Source: Lytechinus pictus (lineage: Eukaryota). Taken from it: a stretch of 64,000 nt of DNA. The translations under genes and the position numbers were made by a program. This document shows positions 1 through 11,283 of the stretch, in pieces. The number at the start of each line of letters is the position of its first letter. Within the stretch, counting starts at the first letter, position 1. Below the pieces are notes generated by a model. That model was not told the DNA's origin, searched no databases, and saw nothing but the letters and a program-made list of their open reading frames with translations. The stretch is from contig NC_087245.1 of the NCBI RefSeq assembly GCF_037042905.1, positions 36,582,001 through 36,646,000 of the forward strand, written 5' to 3'.

Positions 1-226
1 CGTAGCCAATCGTAAGACTGCTATGACGTCATTACGACTAGATATTAAATTCGCTTTTATTCTAAGAATGATGATAGCATAGTCACAAATTTGATCATAG
101 GTATTCGTACGATGATTTCGAACATTACACAGTAACTTATTCCAAGTCTCAATATTAGCATCAAATTCTATTACATTTTATTCTGAAATCGGGTCGGAGA
201 CCAGTCGTAAGGTGTGCGGTGGCCTT
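1..226. mobile_element. End of a probable non-autonomous DNA transposon (Harbinger-like MITE), truncated by the window start
   Basis: Ends gtcgtaaggtgtgcggtggcc followed by TTA; repeated TCGTAAG/TTACGA motifs; the other end is not visible. Confidence 0.35.
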
Positions 227-372
227 AAAGCGCTTAGACACGTCGTTTCGATGTATTAAGCGCTATATAAAAGCGAATTATTATCATTATTATTATTGTA
301 AAGTGATAAATAATTTTGCTCAATTGGGAATATAACATCCTCTTTCTTCCGTTATTTATTTGTTTTTTTTAG

Positions 373-516
373 CTTTCCAACATCCAAAATGAAGTAGATG
401 CCCTTGATTACATCTTGACGTCACTGGAAAGGAAGGTTGCAAAGGGAGTTCTTTCTAGTCAGACTAGCAGTGAATATGATGAATCAGAAGGAGGTGAATT
501 GGCCGTAAGTCCACAG
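373..516 (+). CDS. MYRIP: MYRIP-like exon (LSNIQNEVDALDYILTSLERK...AVSPQ)
   Basis: T-tract AG at 371-372, open 144-nt frame, donor CAG|GTTAGT; a second in-frame donor GCC|GTAAGT follows position 504. Confidence 0.7.
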
Positions 517-688
517 GTTAGTATCACAAAGGGGGGGGGCATGGGCAAGACGAATTCAAGGTAACATCTTTTTCCTCTTGGGTGAATATTATTTGGCAAG
601 CAACAAAATCTCCCCAAGTTTCTATTCCCTTTCTTTTTCCTCCCCCATTTTGTCTAATTTCTCTCTCTTTCTCTCACTCTCTCTCTCT

Positions 689-754
<66 letters not shown>

Positions 755-3700
755 ATATTTTTTTACTTCATGAAAAATCACAAGGAGTGAATTGTTTTCC
801 TTGATGAAATAAGAAAATTTGCCTGTAATAAATCATTTAAGTTTTGTCAGTGATGAAAGTAGATATACGAATAATATATTGAATGAGTATAAAACAAAAT
901 AAAAGAAGTAAAACTGGAGTGAGACATTTAAAAAAGAGAACTTTATTAACAATATAGTTGATATGTCTTATCATTTTGATTCATTCTCAGGAGCTTGTGA
1001 AGGAGGACCTCTGTGATTTAGAAGTACGACTTTCTCAAACAGACGATGACAATCCCGACTCACAGGTAAGAAATTGCTAATTGTAAAAAAAAGACAGCCA
1101 TAATAGAGTTTCTGGAATGGGGCTCAACTATACTGGTGCCCCAGAAGGGGGGTACTTGGATTTGGAAAGGGTAGTAGGAGTGTGCGGCCCCGAAAAAGGT
1201 GAAACCATACCCTTAAGAACTGAAGTTTCTATGAAATGAAGGGATTAAACATTAGATGATTTTCTGCAAATGGGGACGGTATTTGGGAACTGGAATTTAA
1301 CATGAAATATGGGTCTTTGAGAACTGACGCCTGAAATGAGCAGCTTATGAATGGGGGAGAGCAGGTTGGTCAATGGAAAAGGGTGAAAATGATGTCCTTG
1401 GGAACTGCTGGCAAGGTGTGAAAAGACGGCCTTGAGGTTTACGCATACCCATACTGCCAATATACATGATTGCCCCCATCCCCCACCAGATTGCTGCACT
1501 TTGCATAAATAGAACCAAAAAAAAGATTGAGATATGATATTATGAGGCATTTTCAGATTGTGCAAAATATTGATAGTAGGCAAACTGCTTTAAAGATCTA
1601 ATGAATATAAACCAAATTTTCTTGCAAATTTTTTACATGTAAAATTTCAGATCAACATGGCGACAGCCGTGCGGATGATTACTGCTACTGCCCTGAAAGT
1701 TCTCAACACCACCGAAGCAGCGATAGAACTGCAACAAGACGATACCGTTATCCACTCTCGGCTTATTGATGACAGCATCCTTGATCAGGAGGAAGAACTG
1801 GATGATGAGGGTGATGATGAGGAGGAGGAGGAGGACATTGGCAGGAGAGATGGAGAGACAGAGGAGGACAGGGAGAAACTTGAAGGAAAAAATATTGACT
1901 TGAATCTTCTCTCGGATCTTTGTGATGATCTTTTCTCGGAGAGCGAATCCGTAGAGGACGGGTACCTGAACTCATTAGCCGACGTTCTGATCGATATCGA
2001 CAACAATGTCTTCCAGTGTGGACTTGAACCTTGTGGTGATGTTGACGGTGAACTTAGCGTAGAGAAGGATAAAAATGCCAATGCCGTGCACTTGTCACCC
2101 CAGAGAAGACTGTGTGATGGTCGGTGTGGGAGTGAGTTCTGCAAGATGTCTGCAAGTATTGGGAAAACTGCGGGAAACGAATCCCAGGCGTCCGATAGCA
2201 AAAGACCTCAAGGAGACACCCAACATAGAAGTGTGACCCAACTTCCTGGTGAGAAAGGTACTGTCAAAGACTTACGGGACAGAAAGGGAGTACCAAAGGA
2301 CTCCCTCAAACTCTCTCTTCCGAGCGCCAAGCCCCAGGAGGTGGACAAGAGAAAACAGATTAATGACAAGAGCACCACGCCCAGTTCGGCGTCCTCCAAA
2401 CCAAAGTCTCCAGAGGCCACCGTATCTCCAGGATCGCGCCACTCCTCCAGTCCGTCATCGGGACCGATCCTGCACCTCACCTCCGGACCAACATCCCCAC
2501 CAACGGCAACGTTGCTCTTCTCATCCGATGAGTTGGTCTGGGATTCTGCAGTCCCGGTGAGCAGCTCAGACTCTGAGTCCACGGTCCCTACAGAGATGGT
2601 CCCAAATGAAGGCAAGAACCCAAGAGATGCAGCCAGAGTAGAAACATTAGGTATGGCTATCAACTTCTTACTTACTTTGATTCTATCCACCAGGGAACAC
2701 ATTGGACCTTTGGGGCCTGTTGCATAATAATGTTTGTAATTAAGTTATGCATGAGTTTACCGATGAGTGGCGTATGTTCTTGCAATGAAATTTTCTAGGT
2801 GTTTAAAGATCATTGGACTGAAAAGTTTATTTGTATAGATAAAAAAAAGTATGGTTTGGCTTGAACCGGCTTACTAACTAAAACACAAATATGCTATTGA
2901 AATCCAATAAAGTAAATTTCTCTGCCAGCAAAATCTTTGGTAAAAAAAAGTTAATCAGGCTGAATCCATGCATGTTTTAGTGATCACAAACTTCACATAG
3001 CCTAGTAAAACTTAATGATTTAGTAGAAGAGAGGTTTCTTTCGGAGTAACTCCTGTAGGAACTTGGCAGTGCACTTTCTTATTAACACCAAGCTAGTATA
3101 ATTACAAAGGAAAGTAAGGAGGTGCAATAGCTCAGACGGTAGAGCGGGGGGTTCGGATTCCGGTGACCCGGGTTCGATTCCCACTTGGTGCACTAGTGCC
3201 GTTTGGTAAGGCATTCATCTTCGGTACCAGGTCCTTTAGAGAGGACCTTAAGCCGTCGGTCCTCTGGTTGCTTGCTTACAAGCATTCATGCTTTCTTAGG
3301 CTATAGGGTTAAAAAAAATCACTACCATTTAATCAGTCACACTTAAAAAACAACAGAAATTGCTCTTGGGCCTATTTGGTCAAAGTGGAGATAATGGTCA
3401 AGGAGGGATTTGAACCCCAATACCAATGCTCTAACCACTAGGCCACACGATCCAGATAAAGTGCATGGCCCTTGTGATCAGCAACTGCGTTTTAGATATA
3501 CATCTATGTTCATTCCTAAAACTCAGAGTGTGATATATTTTTTGGTAATGTTCTCTCTTTTTTTGTTCTGTTAGATTTCACCCCTAGTCCTTCAAAGAGA
3601 CATAAGTCAGAAGTGTCAGTCTTTGAGAGTTCCTTCACTCCTACCAATGGAGATGGTGACTTTAGCCCAGACTTCCTCTCTGCATTTTATGATCGCGTCT

Positions 3701-4238
3701 CAGAACTTGAAGAAAGGGTAAGGAATGAGCAGTAAGTCTGTCTCTTACGCTGTTCGAGGAGTCTTACACCCCTTTACACTGGGTTGAAAATGACACTGGC
3801 CCACTTAACTTAATGCAGTCAAGGGGTGATTTCAAATCCTAAAGAGACGTCGAGGGGAGGGGGGGGGGTTACCTGGGAAAAGTTGTGGGCATGTTGAGGG
3901 TGACTCTGTGTGATTCTAGGATAATTAGAAAAACATTAATCACCTTTCTCATTTTCTCTGATTAAACATGAACATTGTGTCCATTTTATTTCCTATTTCT
4001 TCCTTTTGTTCAGTAAATAGTTAGCAAGCATGCGTTTGATCCTTTGAAATGATTTAGATTTTTGAATGAACAATATTTTAAAGAACAGAATATGCACCCA
4101 AAAGAAATATTATGAAAGGTGAATTTGGTAATGACTATGATGATGTATTTGGTGATGGTAATAATGGTGGTGGTGATGAAGATGATTATAATGATGATGA
4201 GGAGGACGAGGAGGATGAGGATGATGATGATGGTGATG

Positions 4239-4270
<32 letters not shown>

Positions 4271-7200
4271 GATGATGATGATAAAGAAGAAGAGGAGGAC
4301 AAGGATGATGATGATGATACCAAATAAAATGAGGATGTTGAGGAGGATGATAGTTCTGATACTAACAACCAAGTATGTCATCATGGGTGTATAAACTACC
4401 AATGAATATATGAACTTTCTTACTATTATCGCTTTCCGCATATTGCTTCAGGTCTACCTTTCAGCTGGGAAGGTCTTCACCCTTGAGGAGCGGCTGGAAC
4501 AGCTGGAGATGGAAGTCAACTCTGTAGACTGTACCCTTCCTGATGATATTATGGCTATCCTAGAAGACAAGGTGGCCATGACCGTTGCTCAGGTCCAGCA
4601 GTGCGAGCGAGAGGTAGCCTCAAAGATAGCCCTTGTCTTCCCTTACTCCTGCGTGCATGCTGTCTTTGGTCTAACCTACATGTCGCCAAGATTTGTTTGA
4701 TTCGTCAAGAAACCCTGGTCCTGTTACGGCTGTGTGCATGCTGTCTTTGATCTTACCTACATGTCGCCAAGAATTGATTGATTCGTCAAGAAACCCTCGT
4801 CCTGTTACGGCTGTGTGCATGCTGTCTTTGTTCTAACCTACAATTATCCAAGAGTTATTATATTTATATGCCTTAAGAAGCCCTTGTCTTCCCTTACTCC
4901 TGCATGCATGCTGTCTTTGATCTAACCTACAATTATCCAAGATTTGTTTAATTAATATGCCTCAAGAAGCCCTTGTCCTCCCTTACTCCTGCGTGCATGC
5001 TGTCTTTGATCGAACCTACAGTTATTCAAGATTTGTTTTATTATTATGCCTCAAGAAGCCCTTGTCCTCCCTTACTCCTGGGTGCATGCTGTCTTTGATC
5101 TAACCTACAATTATCCAAGATTTGTGTTATTAATCAAGAAGCTCTTGTCTTCCCTTACTCCTGCACATGCAGTCTCTGATATAGTTAACCTACAATTATC
5201 CAAGAGTTGTGTTGTTAATCAAGATGCCCTTGTCGTGTGTTACTCTTGCGTGCATGCTGTCTTTGTTCTAACCTACATGTACAATTATTCAAGATTTGTG
5301 TTATTAATATGCCTCAGGAAGCCCTTGTCTTCCCTTGCTCCTGCTCATGCTATCTTGCTGTTTGCATGTTGCCAAAATTTGTGTTAGTATTGATTCCTTG
5401 AAAAAGAAGTTTTGGACTCTTTAAATAGTCTACTTCATATGTTTATACACACCTTATTTTAAGTCTGCGATGTGAGTTCAGTATCTTTAACGATCTATTC
5501 ATTATTTCAGGAACAAATATTATATCACCACTTTGTTTTACTATTCAGTTTTCTAATTTGTTGTTCGAAACAGTAATGTAGCACCTTTTCCTAGCAGTTA
5601 CCAAAGCTACTGATATGCAAAATAAACCTTGCTTATCGAAAAATGCGACATATAATTTTCTGAACTATGTTTGCTGATTTGATATAAATCTGTACCATTC
5701 AACTGGTCTTAATGTGAGATACAAACTTTTTTTAATGTAAGATTATAATAAAACTCATGAACGGCAACACAAAACCAAACCCTACATTGATTTTAATCTT
5801 AAGTTTGTCATGCATCACTTGGTATACAATTAATTAGGTGTTTTTAGAAACTTGATCAATCACAAGTCAAATTTTGGTCAAAAAATTGATTGTAAGACTT
5901 TCAATTTCATATTTTCACTTGATGCTGTTTTACTTCTACTTCCAACAAGCAGTAAAATTCAATTTGCTTGAGTTACAATTGATGTGTCAATTGTAAAGTT
6001 TCACCAGATATTGGAATTAATTGCAAATGTTTTCTTGCAGCATGCACCCCCTAAGATAGGCCTATATTTTTTTTAGTTTAATAATAATAATAATAATATA
6101 GGGTATTTATATTGCGCACATATCCACCTTGTTAGGTGCTCAAGGCGCTCCTATATTACCCGGCTAAGCTAGGCGTTCATAGCGCACACAGCTTTTTAAG
6201 GAATTACTTCCTACCGGTACCCATTTACCTCACCTGGGTTGAGTGCAGCACACTGTGGATCAGTTTCTTGCTGAAGGAAATTACGCCATGGCTGGGATTC
6301 GAACCCACGACCCTCTGTTTCAAAGTCCGAAGGCTAATCCACTGGGCCACAACGCTCCACTCTGGTTGGATATGAAATATGTATTGTGACATAATTATTT
6401 TATTTATATAGCTGTATTTTTAGTATTATGTTGTTTCTACCTCAGTTGCTTGCCTATTCTTACTGTTTGCAAATTATTTTTGTTGGCATTGTTTTATTCT
6501 GATTCAGGTATTGTGAGTGTGCAATATATCTTTGCTTGCTTTGTAACACATTTTATTTTATTATATTTTGCAGTGTGATATTTTATCTTATACCCTTTCT
6601 GATTGTGTCAATATTGTGGTTTAGTACGTGTATCTTCCTTTTTTCCATTTTGTACATCCAATGTTCTGTACTTCATAAAGGATTCTTTAATAGAAAAATG
6701 TCAAATGTCTCGAGAAGAAAGTGTGAAAAATCAATACAAGCCAACCCAATGACCTTTTTTATTATTAATTGTACTGTATGTAATTTCCAAATAATACTGA
6801 GTCATTTAAGTGAGAAATGAATAATCTATGCTTAAAGATATATAATCATTATTAAAGATATTATAATCACAGTACACTTTGTACATTTTTGGCTGATATA
6901 TAAAATGCTATGGGAATGAAATCGTTATTAAACATGATCGGAGGTCAATATTAAGTGCAGTCGAGTTTGTGTTTTTTCTGTGATTGTAGTTGTTGTTGGA
7001 AGTCTTGCATTGTGTAATAAGTTTTACAACATATTGATTTACACGTACTTCAATTGAAAATATCTTAAAAGAAGTGGATTTTAATTGTAAACACCATAGA
7101 ATTTTGCAGTATTTCAAATGATCTAAGTCTTACTTGAGTATGGGTGTCAGAGTTGACTGTACACTACATGTAATACAGCCCACAATTAGTGTAGAAGAGA

Positions 7201-7651
7201 GACATAGAGAGAGATTGAAGGAGAGGGAGTAGGGGGCTTGTACGGGGGCAATTTCAATTAAGAATCATAAGAAAAAGAGTTTGATTTGTACACCACCATT
7301 TACTTCCTAACATCAATAATTAGAAATACAATAGAAACGAAGCACCCTTTCTGTAATATTCTGTTCATAATAAGAAAGGTGCTTGATAGATAATAATGTA
7401 AACATAATGTTTTCTAAAAGATCAATATTCTATTTCCCTGAATCTTCTTTGTCAGGTACACACCGTAGAGGACAACATTTCGAGCCTAGATCACACCCAA
7501 GATGGCATCTTTTCTACCATGTACAGTGTCGATCACATCCCAACCACGCCCAGAAAACTAGAAAACATCTCATCAGCTTCATTCCTTCTAAATCATCCAG
7601 GTAAAGATAAAAAATGATGACGTGAACATAGTAGTAGTAGTAGTAGTAGTT

Positions 7652-7706
<55 letters not shown>

Positions 7707-7717
7707 CAGTAGTAGTG

Positions 7718-7797
<80 letters not shown>

Positions 7798-7807
7798 GGT
7801 GGTGGTG

Positions 7808-7847
<40 letters not shown>

Positions 7848-7878
7848 TAGCAGTAGTAGTAGTAGTAGTAGTAGTAGA

Positions 7879-7923
<45 letters not shown>

Positions 7924-8695
7924 TGTAGTAGTAGTAGTAGGAGTTGTAGTGGTAGTAGCAGTAGTAGTAGTAGTAGTAGTTGTAGTAGTAGTAGTAGGAG
8001 TTGTAGTGGTAGTAGTAGTAGTGGTAGTAGTAGTAGTAGTAGTAGTACATGTAGTAGTAGTAGTAGTGGTAGTGGTGGTGACGGTGTTGGTGGTGGTAGT
8101 AGTAGTAGAAGTAGTAGTAGTAGTAGTAGTGGTGATAGTAGTAGTTGTAGTAGTAGTAGTAGTAGTACTGTAGTAATAGTATCTATTACTTAAGGAACAT
8201 TGTAACGAGGTAAATACAGAAAATTGGCCAATCAGATTACAGAATTTATGAACCATCTGATTTACTAAGGGATAAAAAAATATTACATTTACCTATATTT
8301 CTTCTCAATTATGAAAAAGCCTTTGGTTTTATTTCTGTTTAAAAAAAAACTGCTTGCTTTGTTTTAGTTTGATTGAACTGCTATGTTTTTCTTTTATTTT
8401 GTTTGAGTGCTTTTATGATTTGCTTTGCACAAAAAAAATGCATTTCTTGCTTACAGCCTTAAAGCGACATCCCTTCAACGATTTGGGCTTGGTGCAGATT
8501 GAGATACCTGGAAACAGAAGGAGACTCAACTCCTCCGCCTCTGATGGAGACATTGTTGCCTCCCCTGTCTCTTCACCTGGCCCTGCGGACGAGGGCACTG
8601 GGGGCGCTCTAACAGAAATGGATAACGGTGTGGTAGTCTACACGTGGGGGAATGTTAAAGTCACCGATGTCTTGCCTGTCAAAGATGAGACATAG
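373..8695 (+). CDS. MYRIP: MYRIP/melanophilin (Slac2)-like Rab27 effector, 3' portion of a spliced gene; N-terminal exons lie upstream of the window
   Basis: Exons 373-516, 991-1065, 1651-2650, 3575-3717, 4452-4613, 7456-7600 and 8457-8695 have AG/GT boundaries and compatible phases (0,0,1,0,0,1). The spliced peptide ...VSELEER|VYLSAGKVFTLEERLEQLE...LEDKVAMTVAQVQQCERE|VHTVEDNISSL resembles, from recall, the MYRIP C-terminal coiled coil (EENVYLAAGTVYGLE...LEDQVATAAAQVHHAELQISDIESRISAL). TATALKVLNTTEAAI resembles MYRIP STEVLKVINATEELI. Confidence 0.75.
660..751. repeat. (CT)n + (TA)n microsatellite
   Basis: Directly visible. Confidence 0.95.
991..1065 (+). CDS. MYRIP: MYRIP-like exon (ELVKEDLCDLEVRLSQTDDDNPDSQ)
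   Basis: ttctcag| acceptor, 75 nt, CAG|GTAAGA donor, phase 0/0. Confidence 0.75.
1651..2650 (+). CDS. MYRIP: MYRIP-like large acidic, Ser/Pro-rich exon
   Basis: tttcag| acceptor; 1000-nt open frame overlapping ORF 1657-2727; donor TAG|GTATGG, phase 1; GC content higher than flanks. Confidence 0.85.
3118..3318 (+). mobile_element. tRNA-derived SINE
   Basis: A box TAGCTCAGACGG, B box GGTTCGATTCC, non-tRNA body containing GGACCTTAAGCCGTCGGTCC (Meta-core-like by recall), A-rich end. Confidence 0.7.
3575..3717 (+). CDS. MYRIP: MYRIP-like exon (FTPSPSKRHK...YDRVSELEER)
   Basis: Long pyrimidine tract then ttag|; 143 nt converts phase 1 to 0; AGG|GTAAGG donor. Confidence 0.8.
4112..4360. repeat. 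Intronic (GAT/GAG/GGT)n trinucleotide tract
   Basis: Directly visible. Confidence 0.9.
4452..4613 (+). CDS. MYRIP: MYRIP-like exon, conserved coiled-coil segment
   Basis: cttcag|GTC; 162 nt VYLSAGKVFTLEERLEQLE...QCERE; GAG|GTAGCC donor. Confidence 0.85.
4620..5370. repeat. Intronic minisatellite, about 9 copies of an 80-95 bp unit
   Basis: Recurrent agcccttgtcttcccttactcctgcgtgcatgctgtctttgatctaacctac...ccaagatttg. Confidence 0.9.
6080..6360 (-). mobile_element. tRNA-derived SINE (Nin-core-like family), full length
   Basis: Minus-strand head GGAGCGTTGTGGCCCAGTGG...GGTTCGAATCCC, core actcaacccaggtgaggtaaatgggtacc, (ATT)n tail; close relative at 37948-38224. Confidence 0.85.
7456..7600 (+). 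CDS. MYRIP: MYRIP-like exon (VHTVEDNISSLDHTQ...LNHP)
   Basis: tttgtcag| acceptor, 145 nt, CAG|GTAAAG donor, phase 0/1. Confidence 0.8.
7628..8180. repeat. (TAG/TGG)n microsatellite, about 550 bp, intronic
   Basis: Directly visible. Confidence 0.95.
8457..8695 (+). CDS. MYRIP: MYRIP-like late/terminal exon (LKRHPFNDLGLVQIEIPG...KDET*)
   Basis: cttacag| acceptor in phase 1; open to TAG 8693-8695; possible internal donor ACG|GTGTGG after 8627. Confidence 0.7.
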
Positions 8696-10206
8696 AGGCT
8701 TGCTTGCTCAAATATCCCCTATTTTGCAGCTTCTTATGATTTTGAAAGTTAGTCTTTATTTTCCTTACTTATTTCATCTTTATTGTTATATGTCTGATAA
8801 ACTGAAATGTGATTTTCACTCTTTTTCATCCAGGATTTTGATCTATGTAAACAATCCTTTTGATTTTCCTTAAGTCTAAATATTCTTTAGCTTAATTATG
8901 CAACAATATGTTTTTACTTATCAAAATGAATCTGTATTTTACAAGTTTTTAGATTAAAAAAAAAAGTCAACCAGACAATGTTGTAATCTTTATTAGATAT
9001 GAACTCTTGCTTCCTGTAGGAAGTATATATGACAACCAACCAAAAACCGACAATATGTCGCCAGGGAAGGTCCTCTGTAAATAGCCAAAATAGTAATTTT
9101 GTCTCTAAAACCCACAATTAGAAAATTAGCTTATCTGAAAAAGCAGTACTGTAAAAAATTTGAAGTTCTAAAGTTGAATAAAAGAAAAGATACAACAGTT
9201 TCTTTGATACCATTTTGTGCATACTGCTTGGAAGTTTCACTGATAAATGCAGTGTGCACATCTCATGCTTGAGTGTACCCTGAACTTCTAACTTTATTTT
9301 CTCCTTATTCTCTGAGGCTCTTGCTCAATTTCCTGTAAGGGGAATTGTTGCTCAATTTTGACAAGTTATATACCATTTTAAAGCTTAGGAAATGCTTTTT
9401 TACGCTCAATAACAATCTAAAATTTCATTTTGGGCAATGTATTGTTGGTATTGGAGTGGCTGGTCATGTATACATTTCTGAAGACATATGATTATTGATT
9501 GGTTGGTATGCGATCTATATCCTGTCATAGATGGAGAGGATGTGGGCACATGCCCAACTCTCTTTGGCATTGTGCTTCTCCTGTTGTGACAAGTGCTTCC
9601 TAATTATTTATGATAATCCTTGTTCCCCTTCTTTTCCTAGTATCTGTAAAAAAAAAAACCTATTGCATCTCTTTCGGGAATGTTTTTTTTTTTTAGTTTT
9701 GTTTTTGCTTCTTTGGGGGAGGGGCGTGTCATTTTCTGTGTGAAGAAGTACACCTTCTTCTTGTCCTCATCATTGTTGAGATTAAGGAGGATATCCAGTC
9801 CTCTTTTGATACCTCAATCTGACATTGATACCCAATAAGCCTTAGTTACAGTAAATCTGCCTAATACTGCTTTACTCAAATCAAGGCATTTTATTCGGAC
9901 CAAGTTTCATAAAACTTGTTACAATAACAAATTTGCAATAACAGATCAAAGCTACTGAAATCCTTCAATCTGATTGGCTGATAGCAAACTTGTTATAGAA
10001 ATCATGCATTTGTTATTTTAATAAGTCATTATTAAACGGGACTCTGAAAGTGCAAAGCATGTATTGGTTACCTTTTTGAAAAAGGTCAAAATTTGGCAAA
10101 GTTGAACAGACTTCTGTGGTTGCCAGGAGATTTGACTTACACAGACAGGCTTGTTCTGATTTGAATACCTTCACATTTTTGCTCTTTACTTTCATATTGC
10201 TCGTAG

Positions 10207-10250
10207 ATGAAATGGATGATGAAATGCATGGTCATGCAGGCCCTCTGGAG
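10207..10250 (+). CDS. Candidate alternative MYRIP-like exon (DEMDDEMHGHAGPLE)
   Basis: Pyrimidine tract + cgtag| acceptor, 44 nt (phase 1 to 0), strong GAG|GTAAGA donor. Confidence 0.5.
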
Positions 10251-10847
10251 GTAAGAAATGTTCAGTTCCGAAATGTTTTGAAGAATGTCTGTTTTAACAA
10301 ATTAATTATGTTATTTCACTTCATAGAAAATGCATTTTGCATGGTTTTAGTTTGGAGTGTGGACATATGAGGAACGGGGGGGGGGGGGGGTATTCATTTA
10401 GAGTAAGGGTTTTTTTTTTAGAATGAGAGAGAGTAATATAAATGATCAAACCTTCACTTTTCCCTCACTCGAATTCTAATTATATTGGAAGGTCTGCAAT
10501 TCAATTCTGATTATATAAAATGGAAGGTACCTCCAAAATTATCTATTAATGTAATAGTCCACTTTCCTCTGCATATCTACAATCAGAGAATGATGAATTT
10601 CCTATTTGTAATTACAAAAAAAAATCGTTTTCTAAAGCACGTGATCAAATCTTGCTGCAGCCGGAGAAAAAACTTCTGTTCAAAAATTGCATTCCCAATA
10701 TAAAGGTTTTCTTCGCTTCTTTTGGGGACATTCTTCATCTTCAACATCACGTGTTGCATATGATCTATTGACATATGATGAAATGTTTGATTACTTTTGG
10801 AAGTATTAATACTTCATCATGAAATCTTTTTTTCATTCTATATCTAG

Positions 10848-10892
10848 ATGATGGATGAAACTAGTTCACAAGCAGTTGAGGTCACCCACTAA
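10848..10892 (+). CDS. Candidate alternative terminal exon (MMDETSSQAVEVTH*)
   Basis: T-rich tract + atctag| acceptor, phase 0 compatible with 10207-10250, TAA at 10890-10892. Confidence 0.4.
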   Translation: MMDETSSQAVEVTH

Positions 10893-11283
10893 ATAGAGGT
10901 CAACAAACTTATGAAGACAGTTCAACAAACTTATGTCAACAGTTCAACAAACTAAGCCCACCTGAATCATTGCCCAAACGATAAGATTGCCATTCTTATT
11001 CCAATGTATGTCTGCTGCATAAAATGCATTTTTTCCTTCTTTTGTATGACAATAAGTTAATGAACACACACATTGTTGACAATTATTTCTATTATGTTTC
11101 ATTATACATGTATTTAACAATGTCATGTTAATAACTATTTTGTATTGTTTTCAATATGATGATGCTACTCTATCACTCATGTGTTTTGGATAAAACGTTA
11201 AACTCGCTGTTAAAATGTTTAAAAGAATTAAGCAATAGAAAAAAAGAGGTTAAGCAAGTTAGCAAATAACAACTATACAACAC

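Noticed and set aside
1763..2702. Antisense and alternative-frame ORFs over the large exon (also those over the GPCR and Sp exons)
   Set aside because: Shadow ORFs of GC-richer coding sequence with no independent features.
2651..2727. Hydrophobic C-terminal extension of ORF 1657-2727
   Set aside because: Read-through past a good donor (TAG|GTATGG) that is phase-compatible with the next exon; treated as intron.
3118..3192. tRNA gene candidates (also near 6290, 16800, 21480, 38150, 48790 and 62260)
   Set aside because: A/B boxes are followed by SINE bodies, or the cloverleaf is incomplete; not functional tRNA genes.
4010..4441. Acidic poly-D/E ORF (4112-4327) and overlapping poly-M, poly-I and poly-S ORFs
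   Set aside because: Trinucleotide microsatellite inside an intron; exons 3575-3717 and 4452-4613 join directly in frame across a conserved motif.
7514..8256. Long poly-Y, poly-T and poly-V ORFs (similar ones at 21561-21941 and 30476-30724)
   Set aside because: Artefacts of (TAG)n microsatellites.
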